A DNA stretch of 63,984 nt, counting the filler, from Pirum gemmata (Eukaryota): the NCBI GenBank assembly GCA_002812295.1. It is 19 parts of 19 records of this genome, joined end to end, with 100 filler letters (N's around TTAATTAATTAA, not from the genome) between each part and the next. Parts side by side here need not be neighbours in the genome. Positions count along the whole stretch, not along the records: positions 9,674 to 13,435 come from PDIN01003388.1; positions 13,536 to 16,657 come from PDIN01003389.1; positions 16,758 to 19,881 come from PDIN01003390.1; positions 19,982 to 23,116 come from PDIN01003391.1; positions 23,217 to 26,341 come from PDIN01003392.1; 14 more parts are not named here. One strand, written 5' to 3'. Positions 11,287 through 23,906 of the stretch are shown one piece after another (positions within the stretch are counted from its first letter, which is position 1; every line of letters starts with the position of its first letter). The notes under the pieces are model-generated. The model ran no database searches, had not been told where the DNA came from, and was given only the letters and a program-made list of their open reading frames with translations. A program made the translations under genes and the position numbers.

Positions 11287-14200
11287 CGATACTGTTATCG
11301 GGTAGAGTAAGTTCTGAGTAACCCTTAGTATAGAGCAGATAGTTTCTAGCTAGTAGCTAGCTAGCTAGCTAGAGAGACTATTGATATAGTGCAAACAAGC
11401 TAAAAACGTCTAACTTTTGGATTCACTTTTTAATTTCAGTTTTCGAACATAAATAAGCAATGTAATAGTTATAATATTAAATAGATTTGAAATATTCGAG
11501 CATATTTGTATATTTGTGGGACCTTTAACTAGTTTGCCCCATCACATTTCTGATATATAGCTATCGTGCTTTTCATTTATTTTGTCACTCTGAATATTTA
11601 TTTTGTTGGTTATAATATTTAAATTGATATTTTTAAATTAATAATTAGATTATAAAATATACCAAATTAAATAAAATGGATTTATATTGTATTAATTTGG
11701 TACCCTTTATTGTATATTTTATGATGACAAAACAACTGAAAAGCACTAGCTGAAAAGAACGATATATATCAGATATCATATATAGTTGAAAAAGGGTCAG
11801 GGCCAGGGCAGAGGGTCAGGGTCAGGAGCAGAGGGTCAGGGTTAGTCAATTAGTCACTGATGTCTCTGGTGTCTTGCATAAAGAAATGTATCATACATAT
11901 AGTTTTATAGTTGTTTTTAATTAAATGTCTAAAACGTCAAAAAAATTATTAATTTGAATAATATAATATAAAGAAAAATGATCGATATAATAAATGAATG
12001 ATTAAATATTATCATGATATTGATACGGCTATAGTATATTTTCACAATTCCTGGGAAATAGATATTCTTCTCGTTATTTATCTTTCCGAGTCTTTTCGTA
12101 TATTCCACTAAACTCGGAGTTTTTGTGTTTAATTAAAATCAATAAATTTAATGCTTTTTAACAACATTTATTTATTGAAATGCATTTACACATTAAATTA
12201 TTATATATATATCTAAACATGCCTTGCAGTCTGTCTTGCATACATTACTTACATATTACCCACTGTACATTATAGACGGGATTTCTAATTTTACTGTATA
12301 ATAATAATAATGGTAACGTTATCAAAATGTTTTCGTTTTTCCCAAGCCTCGAGTCGCGAGACAAAATATAATCCAAGAAGTTCTTGGTATTACAAATAAA
12401 TAATAATCATAATAATAAGGGCTGTTATAAATGTGACTTGACTATTATTATAGTACTGTTGTAATCTTGTTTATCATGAAATTATTATCAATACGTTATT
12501 ACTAAAATTGTAAAGAATCTCTCTTTAGTTTCTCGCAACACTTCTCTCCACGAAAGTATGATAGAATAAAGGAAAATGGTCATGCTGATAAAAAGCTATC
12601 TGACTGCAGTATGATACCTGTAACCTGACTATGAAAAAAATTAGGTTTGAAAAAGCAGTGAAAAAACACTGAAAAGAAAAAACTCAGGAAACACTCTAGA
12701 CCAGTCAGGACTCAGTAGTGAAAAAACTGCTAGCTAGCTAGGAATAAACTACCTAAACTGCAGGAAAAAACAGAAAAAACAGTGAAAAAATAGTGAAAAT
12801 GGAAATTAGCCAATGAATATGAAAAAACTTTGAAAAATGGAAATAAACCAATAAAATACTTTTAAAAAACACATTTTTTTTTTTCGCCAATCTCTATCAA
12901 ATTAGTATCAAATTACCTATCCAAATACCATTCATTCCAGCATTACATCATTAGTACTATTAGTACATCATTCCATCCTATCGGCATTCCATGAATAGTT
13001 CATTAGTAGTTCATTGAACTTTATTCCATATGGAAATTGATGGAATCCCAAGTTAATTCCCAGAATCCCAACTGCTTGAGTCGAACTCCATATAAAATCC
13101 TTCCTGTCTTCCTCACCTGGCTAGAGCTAGCTAGCTGACTCCTATTTGAAGTGCTTTGAACTTTGATCGAAGGCTGTTTGTAAGCTGTTTGTTCCTGTTT
13201 CCTCTAGAGCTGGCTACCATTTGATAGGCTGATAACTAGCTAGTCTATAGATATTTACAGCAGTAACAGTACTAGCTAGAGGCCTCTAGCTAGGTGCTAC
13301 CTAGCCAGAGCGCTAGCTAGTCTATTTTTTTTATCAGTTAGTTCTCTAAAGAGGCTCGTAGTGTGTTTGGGGGTTTAAAAATTTAAAACTTTAATTACCA
13401 ATTAATTGATGTATTGTTGTGTTGTATATCAAGAGNNNNNNNNNNNNNNNNNNNNNNNNNNNNNNNNNNNNNNNNNNNNTTAATTAATTAANNNNNNNNN
13501 NNNNNNNNNNNNNNNNNNNNNNNNNNNNNNNNNNNAAAAGTAAAAATAAAAAAAAAAAAAAAAAAAAAGAATTTATCAACAATTTTTAATTACTATAAAT
13601 GGAATAAAACACTTGGGATTCGGTTGGGAACCCTCCAGTCTTATGTCATACATAAAACCTTCTAAATACTATTATAGTCATAGTCATAACCTTCTTAGCT
13701 GTAAAAAAAACATAATTTGCACACTATTTGCACTAGATAATTGGATCATAATAAAATTTTGCTAAATTTTGCTAATATTTGCTAACAAATCTAGAAAATA
13801 AATAATAAAAATCCTAGAAATAATTTAAAAATTTTAACCATTCGTATGATTATTATTATTTTTATTATTTTTATTTAGAGTACTATAGCCTATAGGGGCT
13901 CGAGGAGCACCAAATTGAAGGGTCCGAGATTCGAGAATCACAACGGGTCCTAGCTAGCTAGCTAGGACCTAGTTAGCTACAAGAAGCTAGGGTTAGGTAG
14001 TGGTTAGGTTCTCGAAACTTGGGGGTCAGAGATGCTATGATTATGATAATATATACTCCATTGATGTTGATTACTTTTTGAATAATATGAAGCTATAAAC
14101 CAATTATATAACACTATATTACCCACAATATTTGAAAAATCATAGTTGTAATATCTAACTTCGAACAATGTATATCATATATTTATTGTACACAAATACT

Positions 14201-17200
14201 CACTATGATATATATTAATACTTTTCATCCATTTTGCCACTTTGATTATTTATTTGGTACTTTAATTAAAACATATATAATATTAATAAACGTGATTATT
14301 TCAACTCAATATTAATAAATAAATATTAAAATAAAGCAAATTATTCAAATCGCATCAAACATATTTATATATTATATTATTATTAATAGTTAGGTATTAA
14401 ATAATATCTTTTTATTATTATCATTATTAAAATATCATTATTATATCATTATCTTTATATATCATTATTATATAATACCATTGTCTTTAAAACCTTATTT
14501 TACCCTTATGTTAACCCTAACCCTAACCCTAACCTTAACTTTAACCTGTAACCCTAACCCTAACCCTAACCTTAACCTTAATTAACCCTAATACTAATCC
14601 TAACCATAACCTAACGTTTTATAATTAGCAAATAACGAAAAATGTGTCATATTAGTTATTGATATTATATAATGTTATATTTATAAATTATAATAAGGAT
14701 ATGCAATATAAAAAAGTTATAATATAAATAGACTTTAATTAAGATTACCAAATTATACATTATTTACACCCATTTAATGATATTTGATATTAAGCGATGG
14801 CATTGTTGAACAAGCTTAATTAAGTTTTTTATTAGTTTTCAAAAAATTGAATTTTGAAAGTATGTCCAAAATTGAAGTGCAAAAAGTATTTTTCTCGAAA
14901 TCCGTGTCTTTTTTTTTTATGGTGAGGGATAAGGTTAGGGTTTGTTAGGGTTACGTTAGGGTTAGGGTTAGGGTTAGGGTTAGGGTTAGGGTTCAGGGTC
15001 AATATATATGGACCAAAGCTCTTATATATTCTGGTGGATTGTAACATTTCTAATTTAGAAGTGGAAATTTTCAGGAATAGCAACTGTTAATTTGTCGAAT
15101 GTATATTAAGTATACTTTCAAAAAAAATGTTCTTTTAATTATCGTAATAAATAGAAGTCTCACCTTTTTTTTTCGATCATATTGACCCTAACCCTAACCT
15201 TAATACTGTACTTAAACTCGAATGCCAATCTTTTCTTGCCGAAGGTAGCTTACCATAACCCTAACCCTATTCTTTAACCTTAACCCTAACCCTAATCTTA
15301 ATCCTAACCCTAAGCCAAACCCTAACCCTAACCTAACCTTAACCTTAACCTTGACCCTAACCCTAACCCTAACCCTAACCCTAACCCTAACCGAAACCCT
15401 AACCCTAACCCTAACCCTAGTCCCTAACCCTAACCCTAACCCGTGATATATGTTCGGGACCAATAGTGGGGAGTCTAGAAAAAAAAAAAGTCTTAGTAAA
15501 GAGGCAATATCTATTACGCTTTTTTTCACTTATTTGAGTGACTTTTTTAAAAAAAATAAATAGATTAAATGGATTTATATTATATTAATTTGGTACTCTT
15601 TATTTTATATTTTATGATAACAAAACAACTGAAAAGCACCTAGTGAAAAGCGCTGTAAAATTAACTATTGATAGACTGATGATAATAACTCGATGTTTCA
15701 TTGTTTATAACTTTATATGCATCATGTGACTTTCAGAATTAAAAAAAAATTAAATCAATTAAATTTTAAAAAGCTGATGTAGAGTTATTGAATTAATTTT
15801 TCTTCATAGCAATGATAGCATCATTATTACCCATTCTATAAACGTTTATATTTTGTTGCCAGAATGCCACTTTAAGCTCATAAAAGCCAAACTAAAGCAA
15901 AAAAAGTAAATCTAGACTATCTTGATTTTTTTACTAATTATTTCCCCCGAAAAAAAAAAAGGCAATTTTTTTTATTTCCAAATTAGGATTTGTTTTTAGC
16001 TCGATATTGTTTTTTTTCATTTTCGAACTTAAATCAACATAAATTGTACGTCATCATAAAAAAAAACACCCGTCTTTCGTAGTCTACAAAAAAAAATAAG
16101 ACATTGGTTTTTTCTGACAGGGGCGCCTAATTTCATCCAAAATTCGAAACTTTCAAAATTTGTTTTGTTTAATTCAATTACAAGTCATTATTTAATGCTA
16201 GGGGCAGAATGTGAGTCATTATGTGACCCCCTTTTAGAAGTTTAAAAAATTAATGAGGAATTTTTTATAAAAGTAAAAAAAAATACAGCTAATAAACTTA
16301 GCTACATAAAAAATAGTTTTGCTATTGTCTAATGTAATAGTAATGCAATGTATTTAATAAGGGATTTTTAAAAAATAGTTTTTTTCAAAATAATACACTA
16401 AATTACTACTTGATTTTCAAAATAACACTAGACTAAATTACTATGCTTATGATAGATCTAATTTTTTTATTTTTTTATTATTATTATTGCTTATTCTTTC
16501 GTTTGCATATAGTCGTAGCATCAAAATATTGGTAGTTTACTTTATTAAACTTTATTTTAAAATACAGTTATAATATTATTAAATGTATATTAAAATATAA
16601 TATATATTATATAATATTTAGATTAAGGTTTAGGGTTAGGGTTAGGGTTAGGGTTAGNNNNNNNNNNNNNNNNNNNNNNNNNNNNNNNNNNNNNNNNNNN
16701 NTTAATTAATTAANNNNNNNNNNNNNNNNNNNNNNNNNNNNNNNNNNNNNNNNNNNNGGTTGTTGAATGTTGGTTGTTGGTTGTTGGTTGTTGGTTGTTG
16801 GTTGTTGGTTGTTGGTTGTTGGTTGTTGGTTGCCGTTGTTAGTTATTGGTTGTTGGTTGTTGGTTGGGTACTTGTAATTGGTAGTTTATTATCTATTGTT
16901 TATTATTATTGTTTGAAAAAACTGTTGTTTATTAATATTGTTTGTTGTTTATACTCTTTGTTGTTTTCTAATTGCTAATATTGTTTGTTGTTCCTTTTTA
17001 CTTGTTAAGTTATTTATTATATACATTTATTGTATGTTGATTGTTACTCCTTTGTCGTTTTTCAAACTTTTTTCACTCTATCATAAAGAAGAAGCTTGTG
17101 TTTTTGGGGAGAAAAAAAAATTCTTGTTTCCAACTTTCCACTCTATGATACCAGTATTAGTATTCTATTATTCTATTTATTTATAAGGAATTTTGAAAAT

Positions 17201-18151
17201 CCTTATATAGAAAGTAGGCTTGAGCCTTGAAGTCCTCTTGAAGTGGCCAGGGAAGAGGGAGCCTGGAGGTGGAGGATGATAGGATCAGGCAGTTTGGTTT
17301 ATGATAAATAAATATCAGGGTAGGTACTAGCTAGCTAGCTAGTAGGTAGCATAAGGTAGGTGAGTCTAAATTGTCTAAGGTGACCACATAAATCAGGGAT
17401 GGCCCGGATGGGGAGTCATTGGGGACCTGAACTCCTGAAGTCACCTGATTCAATGAAAATTGTTTCCAATACCGGTATGCCAACAGAGCTGCCAACAGAG
17501 TGCCAACAGGTACTTTAGAAAACTTTTAGAAATATGCCAAACCGGTCTTTAGCAGTTCTTTAGCCCCTACTCTAGAAGTACTCTAGACTAGTTTGTCTTT
17601 AGCCCCCTACTAGCTAGAGCTATCATAACTAGAGCTTAATAATATTTTAAAAACTTGTAAAAACTCTTGTAAATAATAAATATATATTGAAGGTTTTAGA
17701 AAAGAATAGTAAAAAAGAAGACTAAAAGAAGTCGAAAAAAAAAAGAAACAATTTTTTTTTTTGGTAAAACTATTTGCAATGAACTTGGTTTTCATAGTGT
17801 TTTCATAACTTTTTCATAACTGTTTTCATGCTTTTAAAATTGCGGATTAATTTTTTCCCATGATTTTTCAATAAAGTTAACCAACCCCTCCCAGGAAACA
17901 CTAATATTTCACGTCTTCGCCATTATCACATGCTTCTTTCAATGACCTAGTTTTGCAATCTATATATTACCCCCTCCTTTTAACATTATGCTTGGCGGGC
18001 TTATTTATTACTACATCACACGTTTGTATGATTGACGTTAGGCCACAATTATTAAGCATAGAAAAATAATTGTGTCATCTGCATTTTCTTCTTATCTTTT
18101 CTTAACCAATCTTTCAGTTCTTACGTAAATGAACCGGAGCATTATACAATC

Positions 18152-18215
<64 letters not shown>

Positions 18216-20461
18216 AAAGGTTCAAGGAAGTTTCAAGGAGTTCATTTTTGAACTCCTTGGTAGGTTATAAAAAATTTACAGTTATAGTTTTATTAATTGT
18301 TTCATAATATCATAATACTTTGGTGTAGGTTAACAATTTGATTGTCGTTCGGGTTTGACTTGTTGTATTTTTCATAGTAGTACCATAATATATAATCTAT
18401 GATTAGCAATTGTATGTAGAAATATGTTTTTTAACCTTTGTTCCTAATATTATAGCGTTATACTGGTAGTCGTTGTTACTAACATGGATGTTGTTACAAT
18501 TGTCGTCTATATTATTGGGATTAATTTATACCCTTTTTTTACCCATTCTATGATATAGGGTCTATCTAATCCCAGGAATTTTTTTTTGCTGGAGCTAAGT
18601 GATATGAATCATATGCTAGCTATCAGATAGGATAACTCTAGTAGGATAGCTTTAGGTAGATGATATTATTATGATACTCAGCACTGAGTCGGCAGTACTA
18701 CTGCTAACTTTTCACAACCAGGAAACGTTCAAAGAGGACGTCATCAATTTATAGGGTTCCACCTAGGGTTATCTCCTGTTATCTACTATAGCTAGCGCCT
18801 TTGTTTACTTTTGTCATTTTTCATCATTTTGAAAAGGATTATGCATAATTACTAAGTGACGTATTATAATAGTACCCTTATCATAATTAACTACCCTTAG
18901 CTTTTAACTACCCTAAATAATAAAAATCTCTAAACAGCTCTCTAAACAGCTCTCTAAACAGCTCTCTAAACCACCCTAAAAACGCAAAATTTTGACTTTA
19001 TTATTATATTATCATACCATCACTATCCATGTACTACTACTATCTGATATACTAAAAATATCAAAATAGACCTCGCATATTTATAATAACTTTCGTTTTA
19101 CTTGGTTTTTCATAAGTGTTTCTTCGAAAAAAAATTGGGCTTGAACTCCTAGCTACTTGAACTCCTAAATATGATAACTATCGATAACTATGAGGGGTAT
19201 AGGACTGGTATAGACCGGGTCTCAAACGTCTCTGTTTTTTTTTTCTTGAACTCACTTGCTTTTTCTTGAGCTCAAGAGTCAAGACCCCTTAGCCTTGAAT
19301 TTTGTAAACGCTTTTTAGGTGTATCTAATACTATCTATCTATCATAACTCTATCACATATTATTATGATAACTAAACTCTTAAAAATTAATGTGGACCTC
19401 ACATCAAAAATAACTTGGTTTTATAAAGAATATTTCTTTTCTCTCTCTCTCTCAGGATGTAAATACTATGTAAATCCATAGTAAATACATCCACTAGGTA
19501 AATGTAAATTTTAAAATGTATCATATTGCTTTTTAAAATTATTTCTCTGTTATTTTACTAGGTTGTTTGACTACTTGTTTGACGGTTGTTTGATATGTGT
19601 TGCATTCATAGGTTGTTGATGTTGATGAGGACATGGTGTTGTTACAAATTATTATGTTATTGTCGAGGCCGCAACTTGTCGAGTTGTTGTTTGATATTGC
19701 AAAATAATTGATTTTTTGTTGTTGGTTTGTCGCTCTTTTGTTGTTGGCTTGTTGTTGGTGGTGGATGATTTGTCGATGACGGACGGTTTGGTGTTGGTGG
19801 TTTGTTGGTTGTTGGTTGCTGGTTGTTGGTTGTTGGTTTGTTGGTTGTTGATTTGTTGGTTGTTGGTTGTTGGTTGTTGGTNNNNNNNNNNNNNNNNNNN
19901 NNNNNNNNNNNNNNNNNNNNNNNNNTTAATTAATTAANNNNNNNNNNNNNNNNNNNNNNNNNNNNNNNNNNNNNNNNNNNNTATTTTCGCCATGGCGAAA
20001 ATAACCACTTTTTTGCTATATATATATATTATTATCTATTTATTCATTTAAGAATGTCAATTTAAATAATAGAACCAAACTAACTAATATTCGAATTCGG
20101 AGTGACAAAATAAAAGAAAAGCACATGTACAGTATATTATATTAGAAAAAATTCCGAAAGACCCAAATCTGGTTCCACATATTATATATATATTTATACA
20201 TTAAAGAGGTAGGAGCATGGACAAACTTATTACATAGATTTATTAGAGATAATCCACTCAATTTATGGCCACAACGTTTAAATATTGCATGTAATAATAC
20301 CCAATTCAATTGTCTTTCCGAAAATCAAAATAATATTTCTACTTTTTCAGCTTTTTCAGACACTTTTTCAACTGATTTGCTTAATCATAATAATAATAAT
20401 AATAATACTAATATATATATATAGACACATTGTATACATAACACGGTATATAATTATAGAC

Positions 20462-20598
20462 ACTTTATGCGACATGTACAATAGTGTAAAATTGTGGGAA
20501 TACTGGTTCTTTTGAGAATTTATATTAATATATATAATTATTAAATATTACAAAAGTGTCAGTATTTACACAATTTTACGCTTTTGTCGCATAAAGTA
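20462..20598. mobile_element. Small inverted-repeat element (ACTTTATGCGACA..TGTCGCATAAAGT)
   Basis: The inverted arms extend imperfectly inward. The same terminus is seen at about 35800-35828. Confidence 0.55.
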
Positions 20599-20819
20599 TG
20601 TATTATATATAATCATACAATTTATAAATATATATTTATAATATTAGTAACTATATATTATTATTATTATTTATTATTATATTGCATTGTAATTGGTCTC
20701 ATTAGTAGTATCAGCACTGCTGTATTACAAATTAATTGTAATTAATGTGTCGATTAATGTGTCGATATATACTTCGATATTATTAATATCATATTTTTTC
20801 ATTTATTTTAATTAATTAA

Positions 20820-22082
20820 TTAATAAGCAAAACAATGTTGATTATTGTTCTCATTACTAGTATCAGCACTGCTGTTATAATTGTAATTAATAATATTGTT
20901 ATTGCCAAACACAGCATTCAGGATTTCATTAGTATTGATGGTAGATTGATCGAGAAAAGCTATATTATGTTGTTGTTGTTCTTGTTGCAAGCGCTTCTGC
21001 AAAGTTAAATTATTATGGTGATGGTGATGGTGATGGTGTAATATTTTCTGCTGTTGTTGGTATAGTGGGTCATTATTATAAAGTACATAATCACTGTAAA
21101 CACTAGAATTCATTTCTTCTTCAAACGTTTTCGCTTTTATAGCTGGAGCAACGTTACCGTTAACTTTAGTAACTAATGTTGGACTTCTAGGGGTAAGGTT
21201 ATTGATATCAATAGCGTTATTGACGTTAATTAAAGGTGATGTTATTGTATACGCAGGGCTTCTTGGAGTTATATTTTCGAATGTGTACGCATCTGAGAGT
21301 AAATTCTTTGATATTATTGGACTAGTTGGGCAACTGGAGCTCGAGACATGCACCTGATCATAACTGTAAAACATTTCTTTTATCTTACCATTATTATTAA
21401 TGTTGTTGTTATTGTTGATACTGTTGTTGTTGTTATTGTTGTTACTGTTGTTATTATTGTTGCTGTTATTATTATTGTTGTTATTGTTATTGTTGTCAAG
21501 GTTACTACCATAAAACCCATTTGAGTAACAGATATTATTAAGAGACATTGTTCTGGGCAAATCTATTTTTTGTTGTGTGGGCACGATGGGTTGTCTTGGG
21601 TTTTCGAGTGAATTATTCCACAAGTTTATGGTGTTGGTATGCAAGTTTTGTAAACTAACTGGTCTTTGCAATGGGATAGGACTAGAACTACCAGAACTAT
21701 TTTGTTTACGTTTTGTTAATTCATCTTTTATAGTTTGCACCGATAACCTCAAAGCATTATCAGATATTTTTGTTTTAGTTGTTACGGATGTGGGAGTAGG
21801 GTTAGGATTGGCTTTGAAACTATTTGTTAATTTTGATGCTTGTTTACTTAAAGTTGATTTTCGTTTTTTGCGCATGCCACAAGCGATTTTCCGTCCTGGT
21901 AGCATTTCCCCATGATGGTGGCGTCTATAATGTTGTCGTCTGGAATGCGCAGTTGAATAAGACCTGTCACAAACCTCAAATTCGCAAACAAAAGGACGGT
22001 CACATGTACCTGTAGTTTTACAAGTACTTTTATTAGCGCTTTCCTTATTGCTATTGTTCGACTTAACACTTGTGGATTCCAT
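20820..22082 (-). CDS. C2H2 zinc-finger transcription factor (420 aa)
   Basis: DRPFVCEFEVCDRSYSTAHSRRQHYRRHH finger, basic NLS RKKRK, then Asn/Ser/Gln/His low-complexity regions. Intact ATG-to-stop ORF. Confidence 0.85.
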   Translation of the reverse strand: MESTSVKSNNSNKESANKSTCKTTGTCDRPFVCEFEVCDRSYSTAHSRRQHYRRHHHGEMLPGRKIACGMRKKRKSTLSKQASKLTNSFKANPNPTPTSVTTKTKISDNALRLSVQTIKDELTKRKQNSSGSSSPIPLQRPVSLQNLHTNTINLWNNSLENPRQPIVPTQQKIDLPRTMSLNNICYSNGFYGSNLDNNNNNNNNNNSNNNNNSNNNNNNNSINNNNNINNNGKIKEMFYSYDQVHVSSSSCPTSPIISKNLLSDAYTFENITPRSPAYTITSPLINVNNAIDINNLTPRSPTLVTKVNGNVAPAIKAKTFEEEMNSSVYSDYVLYNNDPLYQQQQKILHHHHHHHHNNLTLQKRLQQEQQQHNIAFLDQSTINTNEILNAVFGNNNIINYNYNSSADTSNENNNQHCFAY

Positions 22083-22291
22083 TTTTTATATAAATATATT
22101 TAGACAATTAATGCGAGATATAGTAGTGCTATTATTTTTTTGATTTGTTTATATATAATATATATTATAATATTATATAATATATAAACTATTTTTTTTA
22201 ATATTATATATAATATAATATAATTAATATATACTTTTTTTTATAGACAAATATTGTTAATTTTTTTTAATTATAAAATTAAACGTAACCC

Positions 22292-22322
<31 letters not shown>

Positions 22323-23906
22323 GTTTTTATTTATTTTTTTCAAAGTACTTTATTATTATTATTTTTGGTTCTAAATTCTAACCAAAACTTTTATATACTG
22401 GTAGTCAGTCTATATGTATTTTTTTTTTCCCTTTTTTTGGATATTTTGCAAAAAAAATCAACACTCACCATCAGAAATTCACAGCTGTAGAAATAAATTA
22501 ACTCTACTAGCTAGCTAGCTAGCTAGTAGAGCTTTAGTTAGTATGATATCGATAGTAGCTAGCTAGAGCTAAGTTCTCTCAGCTAACAGTGTAGCCTACT
22601 AGCTAGCTAGCCTAGGTAGCTAGACTATGATAGCAAGACTGTATAATAGCAAGTTTCTATCATACATAGCTAGCTAACCATAATATAAAGAGTACCAAAT
22701 CAATATCATACAATATAATAATATTATAAATCCATTTCATTTTTAATTGGGTTTATTATTCATTTATTCATATTATAACAATGTCAATTAAAAAATTATA
22801 ACCAACCAAATAATATTCAGGGTGACAAAATGAACACTGCCACCTGTGGCCGTTAATTAAATAAATGAAAAGCGCTGTAGCTAGCTACTACTAGTAGTAT
22901 AAAGAGTATATAGAGTCTATCGACTATAATACTGTAATGCTGCAGTGGATTGATAGTTAGCTCTAGTTAATTAACTATGTCATATATAGCTTAATATTAA
23001 AAAAAACTATTATCGATAATAGACTATCGATACTGGGCTAGCTAGCTCCAGCCAGCCAGCCAGCAGCCAGCCTAGCTAGCTAGCTAGGGTATTACATTAT
23101 TTTTTTTTTTTTTTTTNNNNNNNNNNNNNNNNNNNNNNNNNNNNNNNNNNNNNNNNNNNNTTAATTAATTAANNNNNNNNNNNNNNNNNNNNNNNNNNNN
23201 NNNNNNNNNNNNNNNNTGATAAAAAAAGTATAAATTAATTTGTTTTTTTTTCATGAATTTCAAAAAACAACAACAAACAATAGAATAAGTATTAATAAAA
23301 TCACTTAAAATACCTCAATTTTTAATATAAATATATTCTAATTAATAAAATATAAATACAAGCATAATATTTTAAAAATATAATAAAAATGAATTTAATT
23401 TATATTCATACTTATAGTTGAAAGTAATATTTTGATCACACAATCTTTGTCATGTATCATGTAATTTGGTTTTGAATTTAGTTTTTAATTAATTAAAATG
23501 AATTTAATTTATATCCATACTTATAGCTGAAAGTAATATTTAATACGTAGTACTCTTGTATTGATAATCACGTTATTGATTACACAACACGTATAGATTG
23601 CTAGCTTGGTTTTAACAAGCATCTACTATATATTATATAGTTGAAAGTCATAGATAATAATCACATTATATATCATTATTTCTAGATACGAATTACATTA
23701 TAATACGCATGTGATTATCACTTGTTAACATTATATATATTATTTTTATTTATGTTAATAAGCTATTATATTACTAAACAATGTTATATATATAACATTT
23801 TAATATTGCTATATTATAATATTTCCTTTAATATTAATATTACTAAATAATGTTATTGTAATAATAATTTTATTGTTGTCAATGTTTTGTGGTTTCTATA
23901 ATTTTT

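Noticed and set aside
16626..16657. True telomere at scaffold end, or nanochromosome organisation
   Set aside because: TTAGGG tracts are mostly internal and degenerate, and scaffolds generally break at microsatellites of any type.
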